From: a virus
Length of the DNA: 64,000 bases
Direction: 5' to 3' (one strand)
IMG/VR virus record: IMGVR_UViG_3300008255_000111
Coordinates: 1-64,000 of that record
A program made the position numbers and the translations under genes. The notes under the pieces were generated by a model. The model made no database searches and was not told where the DNA came from. It saw only the letters and a program-made list of their open reading frames with translations. Below, in pieces: positions 63,552 through 64,000 of the stretch (positions are counted from its first letter, which is position 1; the number at the start of each line of letters is the position of its first letter).

Positions 63552-63642
63552 CCGCCGTCATTTGGCGGGGTGCGTTGAGATGTGAGCGGCTTCGTTGCCG
63601 CCCGTCATGTTTTAAACATCGCATCGACTAGACTGAGCGCAA
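63552..63642 (-). promoter_or_regulatory. promoter plus two leader hairpins
   Basis: TTGCGC(63637-63642)-N16-GATGTT; GCGGC-AACGAA-GCCGC; CCGCC-AAATGAC-GGCGG 63552-63568. Confidence 0.75.
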
Positions 63643-63696
63643 GGGGTTTTTGTCGATTTTCCTTAAAAAAAGACAACTTGCGCTCATTTTGATGCC

Positions 63697-64000
63697 CTAT
63701 AAAGGCTGCGGCTCCTCGGGCTCGTCAGGATGATGCCTATCCCATTCAAGCGCTAAGCGGCTGAGCGGGATCATGACCTTGTGAGGCATATCTGAGCGAA
63801 CGCCTACAACATAGAGCGTGCCCGCTTTACCTTCGCGCTTAATGTCGGAGGCCCTAAAGGTTACGTCGCCCCTAGACCACACTGAGCGCGCTAAGCGCTC
63901 CTCCTCTTTTTTACGCGACTTCATGCGCTCCATGCCGACTCGGCTGGAGAGCATAAGCGCTCCAAGCATCCCCATGTCAAAGGGTGGCGAATCTTGACCT
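63697..64000 (-). CDS. hypothetical protein (probably 5'-truncated by the window edge)
   Basis: ORF 63697..63975 with the frame open to the edge. Confidence 0.55.
   Translation of the reverse strand, partial: GQDSPPFDMGMLGALMLSSRVGMERMKSRKKEEERLARSVWSRGDVTFRASDIKREGKAGTLYVVGVRSDMPHKVMIPLSRLALEWDRHHPDEPEEPQPL

Noticed and set aside
663-63585. Numerous plus-strand ORFs (e.g. 9153..9998, 36788..37522, 41358..42104, 53122..54018)
   Set aside because: They are antisense shadows of minus-strand genes, with no RBS or recognisable motifs; all promoters found point along the minus strand.
1-64000. Stop-codon reassignment
   Set aside because: Known genes are full-length under the standard bacterial code, and TAA, TAG and TGA all occur as genuine stops.

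Overview
This 64 kb window is best read as a segment of a large lytic dsDNA bacteriophage genome, roughly 55-60% GC by eye. About 90 densely packed genes all lie on the minus strand, and most are hypothetical. Recognisable genes are a winged-helix replication-initiator-like protein, a peptidoglycan-binding endolysin, holin- and spanin-like proteins, a beta sliding clamp, thymidylate kinase, peptide deformylase, a Dda/RecD-like helicase, SprT-like and other zincin proteases, an HNH nuclease, a PAPS-reductase-family protein, DUF262, a DUF4326-SLOG fusion and a truncated N6-methyltransferase-like protein. No capsid, terminase, integrase, tRNA or CRISPR array was seen. The most striking content is non-coding. 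(1) A 16-bp palindrome, CTGCAATCGATTGCAG, occurs at 18 loci, never more than about 6.5 kb apart, often with locus-specific perfectly inverted arms. (2) A family of about 19 promoters (TTGCGC-like -35, 16-bp spacer, nAnnnT -10), several with a helically phased AAAAGCACCATC upstream box. (3) Eight leaders carry an RNA hairpin with a conserved AAAUGAA-type heptaloop and covarying stems about 40 nt after the promoter, resembling a boxB/nut element. There is also a repeat-rich candidate terminus/packaging region (30.4-34.4 kb) and a set of putative head-packaged proteins, including an ADP-ribosyltransferase-like one. Family assignments come from motif recognition by eye, not database searches.
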